Shown: positions 11,254-22,179, counted from the first letter of the stretch. The stretch is DNA of 57,208 nt from Dehalococcoidia bacterium UBA1332 (GCA_002306745.1 DBSW01000155.1:1-57208); one strand, 5' to 3'. Numbers and translations: made by a program. The notes: generated from the letters alone by a model not told the origin.

Positions 11254-11469
11254 ATGGAAACCACATTCAGCATAATACTGATGATCACAGCGATAGCCCT
11301 GATCGCTGTGCTACTACTACAGGCTAGAGGGTCAGGTTCATCGCTCTTTGGAGAGGCCACCAGCACATTCCGCTCCCGTCGTGGTGTAGAGCAACTACTA
11401 TTCAGAGTCACAATTATCCTCTCAGTGATATTTGTCGGGGTCGCAATAGCGAATGTCCGATTCAGCTAA
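11254..11469 (+). CDS. secG: preprotein translocase subunit SecG
   Basis: Two TM helices flanking VLLLQARGSGSSLFG...RRG.EQLLFRVT. Confidence 0.9.
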   Translation: METTFSIILMITAIALIAVLLLQARGSGSSLFGEATSTFRSRRGVEQLLFRVTIILSVIFVGVAIANVRFS

Positions 11470-11597
11470 TACTGTGAATCGATAAACTAAGGATTAGAGC
11501 GCCTCAGAATACTTTTCGACAGATTACTCTGATCAAGCAAGCACTCAAAATCAGGCACACTCGTTCCCGCGTTCATATACATGGGCTAAGTAACTAC

Positions 11598-14177
11598 ATG
11601 CATCGTCATAAAATCGACGAATTCATAGTCGAATTAGATTCTCCCTCAGCGCTCGATCATCAAATTACAGGGACGAAAGCTGCATCAGTCGCGAATCTCA
11701 TCACTCAAGGAATGAACGTACCAACAGGTTTTGTAATTCCAGCTACAGTCTTCGCAAAATTCATCGGTCCAGTCACTAACGAAATATCAAGGATTTTATC
11801 GAACATTGATGGCACAGAAATTACATCAATTTACGAAGCAGAAGCCGCGATTAGGGCTATGCTGAAAATAAGGGAATTACCACAAGGTTTAATCGAAACA
11901 ATACGCGATCGTTTAAATGATATTTCAACTGGTTTCGCAATTCGCTCTTCCGCTACCAATGAAGATTTAGCAACTGCATCATTCGCAGGTATGTACGATA
12001 CTTTTCTGGATGGCAACGATACCGAATCTGTTCTCAGGAGAATCCGAGATGTGTGGATTTCTTATTACAGCGGACGTGCAATTTCTTACCGTTTACGGCA
12101 TAACATGCCCCAAGATTCAGGATCGATGGCCGTACTGGTTATGAACCTAATTAAAGCTGATTCTGGAGGTGTAGTGTTTACTCGCGACCCCCGCGACGGA
12201 ACCGACCAAATCGTGATTAATGTATCGCTAGGTCTTGGAGAAGGCGTAGTTTCAGGTGAGATTCGATCAGATTCTTTCACCATGAATTCAAATACTCTTA
12301 AAATCCTGACCCGCAATATTGTCGACAAAGACTACAAATTAGTCCACGGGAAAAAAGGCAAGATAGATTTAATTCCTGTACCGGCTGAAATACGCAGTAA
12401 GCCATCCCTGAACGATAGTCAACTGACGCAAGTTGGAGCATTAGCTAAAAAAATACAAATTGCAGCTAATAGTGACCGAGATATCGAGTTCGCTGTTTCA
12501 GACAATCACATATACATTCTGCAATCACGCCCCGTGACAACAGGATCAGCGCTTCCAAAAGATTTTCCAGTTAATTGGGACAGCCCGGACCAAGCAAGCC
12601 TGCATTGGAAAGCTGCTAGCAAATTGCCAATGAAACCATTATCAATCGACTACACTCTAATGGCCGGGAAAGCTCAAAAACGTTCCGTCGACATTACTGG
12701 CCAATACATGGGACGAGCAGACCTGAAAAAAATGGTCAATGGTTATATGTTTTCAGCTGAAAGCCCACGTGATCCTGAAACACTCAAGAATCTTCTGACG
12801 AAGCACCATATCAAAGGTCAACAGTATCTTGAAAAACGTTCAACCTATTACGACGAGGAAGTCAAACCGTTACTGCTGCAAAACCTAAAATTACTAGATA
12901 AGGCTCGCCCACTTTGTGATGCCTCAATTCCTGAACATGTGGCTAATTTACGCTTAACAATGCAAATTACGGCAGATCACATGAATGACCTTCATTGGCG
13001 CTGTTGGAGTGGTTTCCCACGGGATGGGAGCTACAGAGATGAATTTGCAAAACTAACGGGCATGGATGGACTCGCAGTTTCAGTGTTCACTATTGGCATC
13101 GACCATATGACCGCGCGGTTAACAAAAAGACTAATCGGAATGGCCTACATAGTTAAATCCGACCCATGGCTTTCGAAAATATTTGAATCACGTGACTATG
13201 AACTTCTTTTCAGATATGGCAATGGAACTCGTCCGGCAGTAAAAAAATTCCGATCCCGTTTTCGATCAATGATGAAAATATGGGGATGTAGAAATGGACT
13301 GGGCTATGGCACAGCCTGGAAGGACACAGATCCCTCTTGGAATATGAAACCAGTAATTCCGCTTGACATGATCGGATCTTACTTACAACAGAATCTAGAA
13401 AAATCAGAGCGATCACATTCAAAACTGTCAAGAAAACGCGTAAAAGCCATCAGATCTATGAGACAAAAACTCAGCAAAAAATTAAACCTGCGCAAACGTT
13501 TTGAATTTCTCTTATACGCAGAAACCACCAATGTTCGGATGATGGAAAACCACAATTACCTAATCGAACAAAAAACTAATGGCGAATATCGTGAGTCAAT
13601 AGACCGCGCCGGCAAAGCTCTCGTCAGGGAAGGATGGATCGATCAAGCAGATGACATCTTTTTCCTGCGGTTAGACGAGCTTGAGGCGGCAGTTTCTTGC
13701 GGTAGTTACAATAAGTTGAGGTGGATCGTAGACAGCGCTAAGAAGAAACTCGATAAGGACACAAAATTAAAATGCCCAGACTTCATTGGTTCACCGAAAC
13801 CAAATGAAGAACATCAAACAATAAATCGAGGCATTAATGAGGACGAAACAATTATCTATGGTGAGGCGTCTTCATCTGGATCGTTTACTGGTGTTGCGCG
13901 AGTGGTTTTAAGTCGCACAGCCACACCGCCCAGCTTAAGACAAGGTGAGATACTCGTCGTCGAAAATACGGGTCCTGACTGGGTACCGGTATTTCCATTA
14001 TTAGGAGGTCTTATACTCGACGGAGGAGACAACTTTCAGCATGCATCATTGATTGCTCGAGAATACAGAATTCCCTGCGTGATACAAACAAAAGACAGCA
14101 CATCTAAAATCGCTAATGGTCAGTTAGTGACAGTCAACGGCACAGAAGGCACAGTAACGTTAAATCCGCAAATCTAA
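11598..14177 (+). CDS. PEP-utilising/dikinase-like phosphotransferase (ATP-grasp + central domain + C-terminal phospho-His domain)
   Basis: GTKAA, RSSATNED..ASFAG, DIEF..ILQSRPVT at the N-terminus; C-terminal QHASLIAREYRIPCV and VTVNGTEG. Confidence 0.8.
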   Translation: MHRHKIDEFIVELDSPSALDHQITGTKAASVANLITQGMNVPTGFVIPATVFAKFIGPVTNEISRILSNIDGTEITSIYEAEAAIRAMLKIRELPQGLIETIRDRLNDISTGFAIRSSATNEDLATASFAGMYDTFLDGNDTESVLRRIRDVWISYYSGRAISYRLRHNMPQDSGSMAVLVMNLIKADSGGVVFTRDPRDGTDQIVINVSLGLGEGVVSGEIRSDSFTMNSNTLKILTRNIVDKDYKLVHGKKGKIDLIPVPAEIRSKPSLNDSQLTQVGALAKKIQIAANSDRDIEFAVSDNHIYILQSRPVTTGSALPKDFPVNWDSPDQASLHWKAASKLPMKPLSIDYTLMAGKAQKRSVDITGQYMGRADLKKMVNGYMFSAESPRDPETLKNLLTKHHIKGQQYLEKRSTYYDEEVKPLLLQNLKLLDKARPLCDASIPEHVANLRLTMQITADHMNDLHWRCWSGFPRDGSYRDEFAKLTGMDGLAVSVFTIGIDHMTARLTKRLIGMAYIVKSDPWLSKIFESRDYELLFRYGNGTRPAVKKFRSRFRSMMKIWGCRNGLGYGTAWKDTDPSWNMKPVIPLDMIGSYLQQNLEKSERSHSKLSRKRVKAIRSMRQKLSKKLNLRKRFEFLLYAETTNVRMMENHNYLIEQKTNGEYRESIDRAGKALVREGWIDQADDIFFLRLDELEAAVSCGSYNKLRWIVDSAKKKLDKDTKLKCPDFIGSPKPNEEHQTINRGINEDETIIYGEASSSGSFTGVARVVLSRTATPPSLRQGEILVVENTGPDWVPVFPLLGGLILDGGDNFQHASLIAREYRIPCVIQTKDSTSKIANGQLVTVNGTEGTVTLNPQI

Positions 14178-14189
14178 CTCAATCAGTAA

Positions 14190-15566
14190 TCAAGAGCGCG
14201 ACCATTTGGTCTCGTCTCCACTATCTTTTATATCAATCCCCGCACCCTCTAACTTATCTCTAATAGCATCAGCGTCATCCCAACGCTTCTCCGCTCGTGC
14301 TTGTTTACGTCGCTGCACGAGCTCAATAATCTCTTTTTCACTCAATCCGACTGAGTTCTGAGGTTTTGCCTCTAAAGTAAAACCCAAAACATCAACTAAT
14401 TCACGAGCCAATAAAGCCGCAGCCGAAACATCTATACCATCATTGCTAGCTCGATTCATTTTTCGGCAGAGGTCAAAAACGGCCGCCAAAGCCTGAGGAG
14501 TGTTCATATCATCATCCATCGCCTGTTCAAAACGACGTTTAAACACTGAAACATCCAATTGAGCGGAGGAATCATTCTCACATGTATCTGCAGCTTCTAT
14601 TGATTGCCTCACTCTGCGCATTGAACGCTCAGCAACCTCGATTAGCTCCGTGTCTAAGAGTGGATTTGTACGATAATGAGTTTGCAAAATCCACAAGCGA
14701 ATTGCGTCGGAGCTAAATCGTTCCAGAGCAGAACTCACATTGAAGGCATTGCCAAGCGATTTACTCATTTCCTGACCGTCAGCAATTCTCAAAAGACCAT
14801 TATGAATCCATATTTTTGAAAACGGAACCTTCCCCGAAGCCGACTCACTCTGTGCGATTTCGTTTTCGTGATGAGGAAAAATCAGATCAAGACCACCGCC
14901 ATGAATATCGATTTGCTCTCCGAGGTGCTTGAATGCCATCGCCGAACATTCAATGTGCCATCCTGGTCGACCAGGTCCCCATGGACTATCCCAATTTGGC
15001 TCTTCAGGTTTCACCGCTTTCCAAAGCGCGAAGTCTGCAGGATCTTCTTTTCTAGATTCAATATCACCACGAGAAGTTTCCAGCATTTGGTCAATATTTT
15101 GACCACTGAGCTTGCCGTAATCTGTTCTACTACGTACTCGATAGTAAACAGAACCATCAATAGTGTAAGCATCGCCACCAGCAATCAAACGTGCAATAAG
15201 ATCAATTATTTCTGGCATGTCTTCAGTCGCCTTAGGATGTACTGAAGCTCGTCGAACATTCAAAGCATCAGCCGACTTGAAGAAAGACTCTATGTATTTG
15301 GCTGTTATCTCTTCCCACGGTACGCCGTCAGAGTGGGCACGTTTGATGATTTTGTCGTCAACATCGGTGAAGTTCTGCACCTTGCGAACGGTAAAACCGC
15401 GGTACTCGAGGTATCGGGATAGTACATCAAAAACAATGCTGCTTAAGGCATGTCCCAGATGTGAGTCATCGTACACAGTTACACCACAAACATACATCTT
15501 AACCTCAGTACCTAGAGGAATGAATTCTTCTTTTCTGCGGGTTAGTGAGTTATAGAGTTTGATCAT
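14190..15566 (-). CDS. cysS: cysteine--tRNA ligase
   Basis: MYVCGVTVYD..HLGH, DFALWK, GRPGWHIECS, FPHHENE, MSKS. Confidence 0.97.
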   Translation of the reverse strand: MIKLYNSLTRRKEEFIPLGTEVKMYVCGVTVYDDSHLGHALSSIVFDVLSRYLEYRGFTVRKVQNFTDVDDKIIKRAHSDGVPWEEITAKYIESFFKSADALNVRRASVHPKATEDMPEIIDLIARLIAGGDAYTIDGSVYYRVRSRTDYGKLSGQNIDQMLETSRGDIESRKEDPADFALWKAVKPEEPNWDSPWGPGRPGWHIECSAMAFKHLGEQIDIHGGGLDLIFPHHENEIAQSESASGKVPFSKIWIHNGLLRIADGQEMSKSLGNAFNVSSALERFSSDAIRLWILQTHYRTNPLLDTELIEVAERSMRRVRQSIEAADTCENDSSAQLDVSVFKRRFEQAMDDDMNTPQALAAVFDLCRKMNRASNDGIDVSAAALLARELVDVLGFTLEAKPQNSVGLSEKEIIELVQRRKQARAEKRWDDADAIRDKLEGAGIDIKDSGDETKWSRS

Positions 15567-15588
15567 GAGTTATTCAGTTCAATTATCG

Positions 15589-16794
15589 CTAAGCAGGTAT
15601 CAACGTAGCTATCGCTTGGGCTGCAATACCTTGACCTGCACCTATTGCACCGACCTGGTCTGTAGAAGTAATTTTTACATTGACACTAGAATTCTCAAGA
15701 CCATCGATAGCGGCAATATTCACTTCCATTGCCTCACTATAAGAAGACAATCGAGGTCGCTGGGCTATAACGGTGGCATCGACATGGCACACCATCCATC
15801 CGGCAGCAAGAGCCATCCTTGTTGATTCGGCAATAAATTGAGTACTATCCAAACCGGCATATTTCTTATCTCCCGAAGGGAAACTAGAACCCAGATCTCC
15901 TAAGCCTGCGGCGCCTAAAATTGCGCTGGCAACCGCGTGCATTAAGACATCCCCGTCTGAATGACCTGCAAGTTGGTATTCAAAATCAATTTCTACACCA
16001 CCAATTAAAAGTGGACCACCGCATATCAGTTGATGGCCATCGAAACCAATTCCAAACCTCGATCCATCGTGATCGAATGTCCCAGCGGTCTGCCGATCAC
16101 CTATAGTGCGACGATCGTACAGCATCCTTGCAAATTTCATGTCTTGTGGAGTAGTAATCTTGATGTTGTCATTAGAGCCATCAAAGATCGCAACAAGTCC
16201 ACCAACAGATTCAACCATTGACGCATCATCCGTCACGTCATCTGTAATCATTTCGTGAGCAGTTTTAAGAATATCTACACGGAATATTTGTGGAGTCTGA
16301 ATAGCCCACATTTGAGATCTATCCGGTGTATCTGTAACAACGCGGTGAGGTGCCATCTTTATCGTATCTTTCACTGGCACTGCAGCTATAGCAGAACCCA
16401 CTTTTTGAGCCACTAATAACCCACGTTCCAACATCGCATGATTGATAAACGGGCGAGCACCGTCGTGAACTACGATAAAGTCATACGTACCACTTTCCTC
16501 CAGTGCGCCAAGACCAATTTTCACTGAATCCTGTCTACGATTGCCACCCGAAACAACTCCAACCACCTTTGAAAATCCCCCTGTTCGGACTGCGGCTTTA
16601 CCCTCTTCTAGATTTTCGATCGACATCACTACTACAATGCCGCCAACTTTTTCAAATTTTTCAAAAACCTTAATGGAGTGTGAAATGACAGGTTCACCTC
16701 CTAATATGGCAAGTTGCTTGTCGATCCCTTCCATACGAGAACTGCTTCCCGCAGCCACTACAACTACTCCTATTAACCCTTTTGCGTCACTCAT
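15589..16794 (-). CDS. ispDF: bifunctional IspD/IspF (MEP pathway)
   Basis: AAGSSSRM..DKQ, RQDSV, HDGARPF, QTPQ, NIKITT, then GIGFDGH and GHSDGDVLMHA. ATG at 16794 overlaps the upstream TGA (alternative start 16815). Confidence 0.92.
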   Translation of the reverse strand: MSDAKGLIGVVVVAAGSSSRMEGIDKQLAILGGEPVISHSIKVFEKFEKVGGIVVVMSIENLEEGKAAVRTGGFSKVVGVVSGGNRRQDSVKIGLGALEESGTYDFIVVHDGARPFINHAMLERGLLVAQKVGSAIAAVPVKDTIKMAPHRVVTDTPDRSQMWAIQTPQIFRVDILKTAHEMITDDVTDDASMVESVGGLVAIFDGSNDNIKITTPQDMKFARMLYDRRTIGDRQTAGTFDHDGSRFGIGFDGHQLICGGPLLIGGVEIDFEYQLAGHSDGDVLMHAVASAILGAAGLGDLGSSFPSGDKKYAGLDSTQFIAESTRMALAAGWMVCHVDATVIAQRPRLSSYSEAMEVNIAAIDGLENSSVNVKITSTDQVGAIGAGQGIAAQAIATLIPA

Positions 16795-17456
16795 CCTATG
16801 TATCCCTGAATCCATTCGATTCCCATAAAGCAGGCATATGCAATAGAAATCGACTTAATGGCTTTGGCAAAAAAAACCACAATCAAAAACTTTTTAATCG
16901 GATATGAAACACTACCTGCTGCTATTCCAATCAGGTCGAAAAACGGGTTAGGAACCATTGATCCAATAAACAATATTAATCCACCTCTACGTTGCACAAG
17001 TCCCTGTACTCTAGGAAATAATCTTTGCCGCTGAATCAAAGATTTTCCAGAAACTCCGGCAATGTACCCAGTCATTTCTCCAAGAGCTTCGGCTGATGCT
17101 GAAATTATCCCAATGGCCAAAGGGTTTAATCCGAAATCTGGAGCCGCTCCGACACATACAGCAGCTGGACCCGGTAATGGAAATATAATCGAACCAGCCG
17201 CGATAAAACTAATGACCCAAACGCCACCATAACCTACATTCTCTAGTACGAGCGCATCGTTGTACCAAAGAACAGCACAAATCGACACAAACACAACAAC
17301 AAAAACAAACAGGAGCGTACGAAATATACGCGATCGATTTACCGCAAGCCACATTTGAAATCGCGAGTATTCAACAGAACCAGTTTCGTTAGATTCCGAC
17401 ATTTCTAGAGATCGATGGATGATCGATATTTTTTCTAAATTAGACGGACTTGGCAT
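16791..17456 (-). CDS. VTT/DedA-family (SNARE-associated) membrane protein
   Basis: Hydrophobic; FPLPG, GEMTGY.AG, PNPFFDLIGIAAG motifs. Start may be later. Confidence 0.75.
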   Translation of the reverse strand: MPSPSNLEKISIIHRSLEMSESNETGSVEYSRFQMWLAVNRSRIFRTLLFVFVVVFVSICAVLWYNDALVLENVGYGGVWVISFIAAGSIIFPLPGPAAVCVGAAPDFGLNPLAIGIISASAEALGEMTGYIAGVSGKSLIQRQRLFPRVQGLVQRRGGLILFIGSMVPNPFFDLIGIAAGSVSYPIKKFLIVVFFAKAIKSISIAYACFMGIEWIQGYIG

Positions 17457-17503
17457 GAATTGTTGTCCAAAAAAATAAAATTAAGCCGTAAATATTTTAG
17501 GTA

Positions 17504-18124
17504 TTAAACAAAATCCACAAGCCAAGATATCGACTCTCGACACGAATAAGCAACAATCAAATATTTAATTAGCTTTCCAAGACCTACCCATAAAAAAAAT
17601 CTAGAAAGCGGATAACCCAATGATCCCGCGGCAATCCCGCCAATATCGAAAAGCGGGTTAGGAATCAGTGCCAGAGTAAAAAGTGCAAAGCCACCGCGCT
17701 TCACAACCCAATCATGCACTCGATCATAAAATCTCGACTTTTGGATCACTCCCTGAGAACCATAACCAGCCAAATACCCAGTAAACTCTCCTATAGTAGA
17801 CCCAATCGCTCCGGAGATTGCAAGAATCACGAAATTCAAACCTAAGGCAGCAGCAGTACCCGCACATACTGCAGCAAGCCCCGGCACCGGAACGACAACA
17901 GCCGCAGAACCGACCAAATTAACTAGAAATACACCTGAGTAGCCAACATCCTGAAGATCGAACCAACTAACCCACCACGCCATAGTGCCGCCGACAATCG
18001 AAAAAATCACAACTGCCCATATAAAGACCTGGTACGCGCGCCGATGCCTTGCTACGAAGTTGGCAATCGTAGTTGACTTTTTTTGAGGTTCATCAACAGT
18101 ATCCGGTGCAGAAAGATTTGACAC
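17504..18124 (-). CDS. VTT/DedA-family membrane protein (tandem paralogue)
   Basis: VPVPG, GEFTGYLAG, PNPLFDIGGIAAG: same motifs as the neighbour. Confidence 0.75.
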   Translation of the reverse strand: MSNLSAPDTVDEPQKKSTTIANFVARHRRAYQVFIWAVVIFSIVGGTMAWWVSWFDLQDVGYSGVFLVNLVGSAAVVVPVPGLAAVCAGTAAALGLNFVILAISGAIGSTIGEFTGYLAGYGSQGVIQKSRFYDRVHDWVVKRGGFALFTLALIPNPLFDIGGIAAGSLGYPLSRFFLWVGLGKLIKYLIVAYSCRESISWLVDFV

Positions 18125-18226
18125 ATCAGAATATTACGTCAACTAAAGATATTTAACTGCAATAGATGATTTGATCTCACTGGATTATCACGAAATTTAA
18201 AGGAGAAAATACACTGAGATAAAGAA

Positions 18227-20737
18227 CTAGTTATTACTAACAACTGATTCACTTTCTGCATGTTTCGCGTTTTTTTTCGATAGTGCCTTATTTACACCAT
18301 CTGAACTCACATCGACAGAAAAAAATATCTCGCCTTCTTTCTCGTCGATAACTATCGTCGAGCCTTCTGAAAATTCGCCAGAAAGTAACTTTTTCGAAAG
18401 AGGACTTTCAACGTATTTTTGGATCGATCTCTTTAAAGGTCTCGCACCATACATCCGGTCAAATCCAGATTTTGCCAACCATGCTCTGGCTGTTGATGAC
18501 AAGCGTAAAGAGACGTTCAGATCACTCATTCTCTCCGAAACTTCGTCCATAAACTTATCAACGATCAGTTCTATGTCTCCTTGAGTCAATGAATCAAAAA
18601 CTATGAACTCATCGAGCCGATTCAAGAATTCAGGCCTGAATTGCTGCTTCAAAGCATCCTCTACACTCGAGCGCAATCTAGCGCTTTCACTCTCCTCAAG
18701 GCTGCGCTTTGTGAAACCAAAGGCTTGTTGCGCTATACCTTCAGAACCAAGGTTGCTAGTCATAATGATAATCGTGTTTCGGAAGTCGACCGTTCTTCCA
18801 TGGCTATCAGTTAGTCGACCATCATCTAGAACTTGCAAGAGCGTATTGAATACATCAGGATGGGCTTTTTCGATTTCATCAAAAAGGACCACTGAAAAAG
18901 GTCTACGTCGAACAGACTCCGTGAGATGACCGGCTTCATCATATCCAACATAACCTGGTGGAGCTCCTATCAATTTCGATACGGTGTGCGGCTCTTGAAA
19001 TTCCGACATATCAACCCTGACCATATTTTCCTCATCGTCAAACATGAATTCCGCCAAGGCACGGGCTAATTCGGTCTTGCCAACACCAGTAGGACCAAGA
19101 AATATAAAGCTACCTATAGGACGTTTAGGATCCTTCAGACCAGCTCTAGCGCGCCGCACTGCGTCCGCGAGGACCTCAACGCCACGATCCTGACCAATAA
19201 CTCTGCTGTGCAATCGTTCTTCAAGATTAAGCAAGCGTTCCCCTTCACCCTCAACCAATCTAGCTACCGGAATACCAGTCCTTTCGGCAATCAATGCAGC
19301 AATATCTTCCTCATCTACAACCTCCCTGATTTCGTGAGTTTGGTCCCACTTTCGTTTAGCGTCTTCGTAATTTTCAAGTGAACGAAGTTTTTCTGCTTTT
19401 GCATTTGCTGCCTTTTCATATTCCCCTCGCGCTGATGCAGATTCTTCTTCCTCGTCCAAACGCTGCAATTCAACCTGCATCTCGTTCAGGTCAGTCGGCA
19501 GCATCTCATTGGTAATCCGATTCTTAGCAGCCGCTTCGTCAATCAGATCAACAGCTTTATCCGGCAAAAGTCTTTCAGAAATATAACGAGCAGAAAGCTC
19601 GACTGCCGCTCGCAAAGCCGAATGCTCGATAGTGAAACCATGATGCTGTTCATATCTAGGACGTAATGTCTCCAACATCTCGATTGCAACAGCCGTATCA
19701 GGCTCCTCAACCCATATAGGTGAAAAGCGGCGTTCTAGCGCTGCGTCGGCTTCTATATAACGCCGATATTCGTTTGGTGTAGTTGCACCAATTGTCTGCA
19801 TTTCACCTCGTGCGAGAGCAGGTTTCATCATATTTGAGGCGTCCAATGCACCATCCCCAGCACCTGCACCGACCACGGTGTGAATTTCATCAATGAACAA
19901 AACAATTTCACCGGCAGCTTGACGGATCTCATCCATTACCGCTTTAAGACGTTCCTCGAACTCACCTCTAAATTTTGCTCCCGCCACCAATGAACCCATC
20001 TCAAGAGCTATAACTCGTCTACCGCGCAAGCTCTCTGGAACATCGCCGGCGATAATTCGTTGGGCGAGTCCTTCTGCAACTGCCGTCTTTCCTACACCCG
20101 CATCTCCTATTAGAACCGGATTATTTTTGGTCCGTCGAGTCAAAGTTTGCATTACGCGACGAATTTCTAAATCCCTGCCCACAACGGGATCGAGTTGACC
20201 CTCACGTGCCAATTCAGTTAAATCAACACTATACTTTGCAAGTGCCTGATACTTGCTCTCAGCTCTAGGATCAGTAACACGCGCCGAACCCCTGACCTCA
20301 AGAAGAGCCTGATAAACCCGTTCTTCAGTGATGTTGTGACTTTGAAATATGTCAGCGAGATCGCCACTAGACTCCTTGCTCAAAGCAACAAGAAGATGAT
20401 CAGCTCCAATAAGTTCATCTTTTAAACGAGTGGCTTCTTCTTTTGCAACCTCAATAGCCTTTTGTACACGCGGTGTGGGGTATATTTGTGGCTGACTATT
20501 GGATCCTCCGATTTTCGGAGACTCCTCTAATTTCGCCTGAATTTCTTGTAACAGATCAGATGTATCAACGCCCAGAGCACCAAGAATTTGTGCTGAAAGT
20601 GAGTTCTGAATTTGCAACAAGCCCGATAACAAATGTTCGGCATCCCACTGATTATGGCGCATTTGTACGACCAGTTGTTGAGACATACTGAGCGCCTCTT
20701 GAGCCTGTTCAGTGAAATCGTTTTGTTTTAATACCAT
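18227..20737 (-). CDS. clpC: Hsp100/Clp AAA+ ATPase (ClpC-like, ClpB context)
   Basis: Clp N repeats, GDAGVGKT and GPTGVGKT Walker A motifs, [20 protein letters not shown]; short UVR-like middle domain and an FGF loop. Confidence 0.8.
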   Translation of the reverse strand: MVLKQNDFTEQAQEALSMSQQLVVQMRHNQWDAEHLLSGLLQIQNSLSAQILGALGVDTSDLLQEIQAKLEESPKIGGSNSQPQIYPTPRVQKAIEVAKEEATRLKDELIGADHLLVALSKESSGDLADIFQSHNITEERVYQALLEVRGSARVTDPRAESKYQALAKYSVDLTELAREGQLDPVVGRDLEIRRVMQTLTRRTKNNPVLIGDAGVGKTAVAEGLAQRIIAGDVPESLRGRRVIALEMGSLVAGAKFRGEFEERLKAVMDEIRQAAGEIVLFIDEIHTVVGAGAGDGALDASNMMKPALARGEMQTIGATTPNEYRRYIEADAALERRFSPIWVEEPDTAVAIEMLETLRPRYEQHHGFTIEHSALRAAVELSARYISERLLPDKAVDLIDEAAAKNRITNEMLPTDLNEMQVELQRLDEEEESASARGEYEKAANAKAEKLRSLENYEDAKRKWDQTHEIREVVDEEDIAALIAERTGIPVARLVEGEGERLLNLEERLHSRVIGQDRGVEVLADAVRRARAGLKDPKRPIGSFIFLGPTGVGKTELARALAEFMFDDEENMVRVDMSEFQEPHTVSKLIGAPPGYVGYDEAGHLTESVRRRPFSVVLFDEIEKAHPDVFNTLLQVLDDGRLTDSHGRTVDFRNTIIIMTSNLGSEGIAQQAFGFTKRSLEESESARLRSSVEDALKQQFRPEFLNRLDEFIVFDSLTQGDIELIVDKFMDEVSERMSDLNVSLRLSSTARAWLAKSGFDRMYGARPLKRSIQKYVESPLSKKLLSGEFSEGSTIVIDEKEGEIFFSVDVSSDGVNKALSKKNAKHAESESVVSNN

Positions 20738-20803
20738 TTTTTGCTAATTCCTCAATCTCACGCGAGATTAGCGCTCAGTTCAAATAATTAGTCTCAAGAG
20801 TCG

Positions 20804-21130
20804 TTATCCTGGTAGTTTTGTTTGGCCTTCTCTTAACTTGATCACCTCTACCATCAAGTCCTCAACATGAGTTTCTAACCTGTCGATTCGATTCAACAAT
20901 TTAGACATAACTTCGATTCCGGCAAGATTAAGCCCGAACTCTTCCTTCCATCTCAGAATTTGCCTTATCATTTCAACGTCTCTATTTGAGTAAAGCCTAG
21001 TGCCTCCACTTGATCGCTTAGGAACAACAAGCTCCCATCGCTCGTAGTTGCGCAAAGTCTGTTGATGCACGCCGCACATTTGAGCGACTATTCCGATGGC
21101 AAATACCGGATCGGTGTGGCCCATTGTCAT
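20804..21130 (-). CDS. hspR: MerR-family heat-shock repressor HspR-like
   Basis: IGIVAQMCGVHQQTLRNYERWELVVPKRS.GGTRLYS, GLNLAGI; downstream of dnaJ. Confidence 0.88.
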   Translation of the reverse strand: MTMGHTDPVFAIGIVAQMCGVHQQTLRNYERWELVVPKRSSGGTRLYSNRDVEMIRQILRWKEEFGLNLAGIEVMSKLLNRIDRLETHVEDLMVEVIKLREGQTKLPG

Positions 21131-22068
21131 AGTGAATCTTCTTTACGGTATTGATCAAAAAAATTCACGATCTCATCGTTTCCTGAGACTCCATTACGGA
21201 TATTCCTTAAAAGTTCATAAAGCATCTGTTCTTGATTGGAAAGACTTTCGGGTAATCTAACTTTCACAGTAGCGTAAAGATCTCCAAATTCGGCTGAGTC
21301 AATTTTGGGTAATCCACGCCCATGAATCTTGAAAGAACGACCATTTTGTGTACCAGGAGGTATATTCAGGACAATTCTGCTAGTCATTGTTGGCACCTCC
21401 GCCTCACCACCTAAAATAGCGTCCAACAAACTTACCGCTACGTCTGCTCTAAGATTTGCACCTTCACGAGTAAATCGGTTGTCCGATTTAACTTTTACAG
21501 TAAGTGTCACCTCTGTGTTGCTATCAGGTCGCAAAAGAATTTTTTTACCATCGTTTACGCCTTTTGGCACCCGTACCTCAAGATTTCGCTTAGCCCCAGA
21601 AGCTGAACCGATTGAAATCCTGCGCGTTGCACCACTAAAAACTTCATCAAGTGAAACGTCTATAGTGCCTTTGTGTTTAGAAATCTGTGGTTGATGCCTC
21701 TGTTGGTTATGATCTCCCATTTGACCGAAAAGATCTGAGAAATCCCCCGCCGTTCCAGTACCAAAAAGATCGCCCAAGTTAAAACCCATCCCACCCATTC
21801 CTGGACGGCTTTTATGTTGACCACCCATATTTCTGATCTTGTCAGCATGTTTCCAGTTTTCACCAAACTGATCGTAATCCTTACGACGTTCGGGATCACC
21901 AATTACCTCATAAGCCTCATTCACCTTTTTGAATTGACTTTGTGCTTGTTCGTCATTTCGGTTCACATCAGGATGAAACTTGCGAGCCATCCGCCTGTAA
22001 GCCGCCTTGATGTCTTTATATGGAGCGTTTTTGCCTACGCCTAATAGATCGTAGTAATCCTGAGCCAT
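21127..22068 (-). CDS. dnaJ: DnaJ class II/CbpA-type co-chaperone
   Basis: DYY.LLGV, HPD motif, G/F-rich region, C-terminal domain, no CxxCxGxG zinc fingers. Confidence 0.9.
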   Translation of the reverse strand: MAQDYYDLLGVGKNAPYKDIKAAYRRMARKFHPDVNRNDEQAQSQFKKVNEAYEVIGDPERRKDYDQFGENWKHADKIRNMGGQHKSRPGMGGMGFNLGDLFGTGTAGDFSDLFGQMGDHNQQRHQPQISKHKGTIDVSLDEVFSGATRRISIGSASGAKRNLEVRVPKGVNDGKKILLRPDSNTEVTLTVKVKSDNRFTREGANLRADVAVSLLDAILGGEAEVPTMTSRIVLNIPPGTQNGRSFKIHGRGLPKIDSAEFGDLYATVKVRLPESLSNQEQMLYELLRNIRNGVSGNDEIVNFFDQYRKEDSL

Positions 22069-22121
22069 AAGCCGATCTTTTTTCCAAATAGCTGAGTCAA
22101 TAATTAGGTCTTGCGAAACAC

Positions 22122-22130
22122 ATTATAGCA
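22122..22130 (-). promoter_or_regulatory. extended -10 promoter for dnaJ-hspR-clp
   Basis: Minus strand TGCTATAAT, 54 nt upstream of the dnaJ ATG. Confidence 0.6.
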
Positions 22131-22150
22131 CATAGTTTTATATATGTTAT

Positions 22151-22179
22151 TTGACAATCAATTTATCAGATAACATAAT
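22151..22179 (+). promoter_or_regulatory. sigma70-type promoter for hsp20
   Basis: TTGACA-N17-CATAAT; GAGGAG RBS precedes the ATG at 22242. Confidence 0.65.

Noticed and set aside
11125-11597. tRNA-Leu often found beside secG
   Set aside because: No cloverleaf or T-loop consensus is visible on either side of secG.
20738-20803. Possible HAIR site before the clp gene (CTCAAG half-site, AATCTC/GAGATT hairpin)
   Set aside because: Only a half-site is present; the second arm and spacing do not match.
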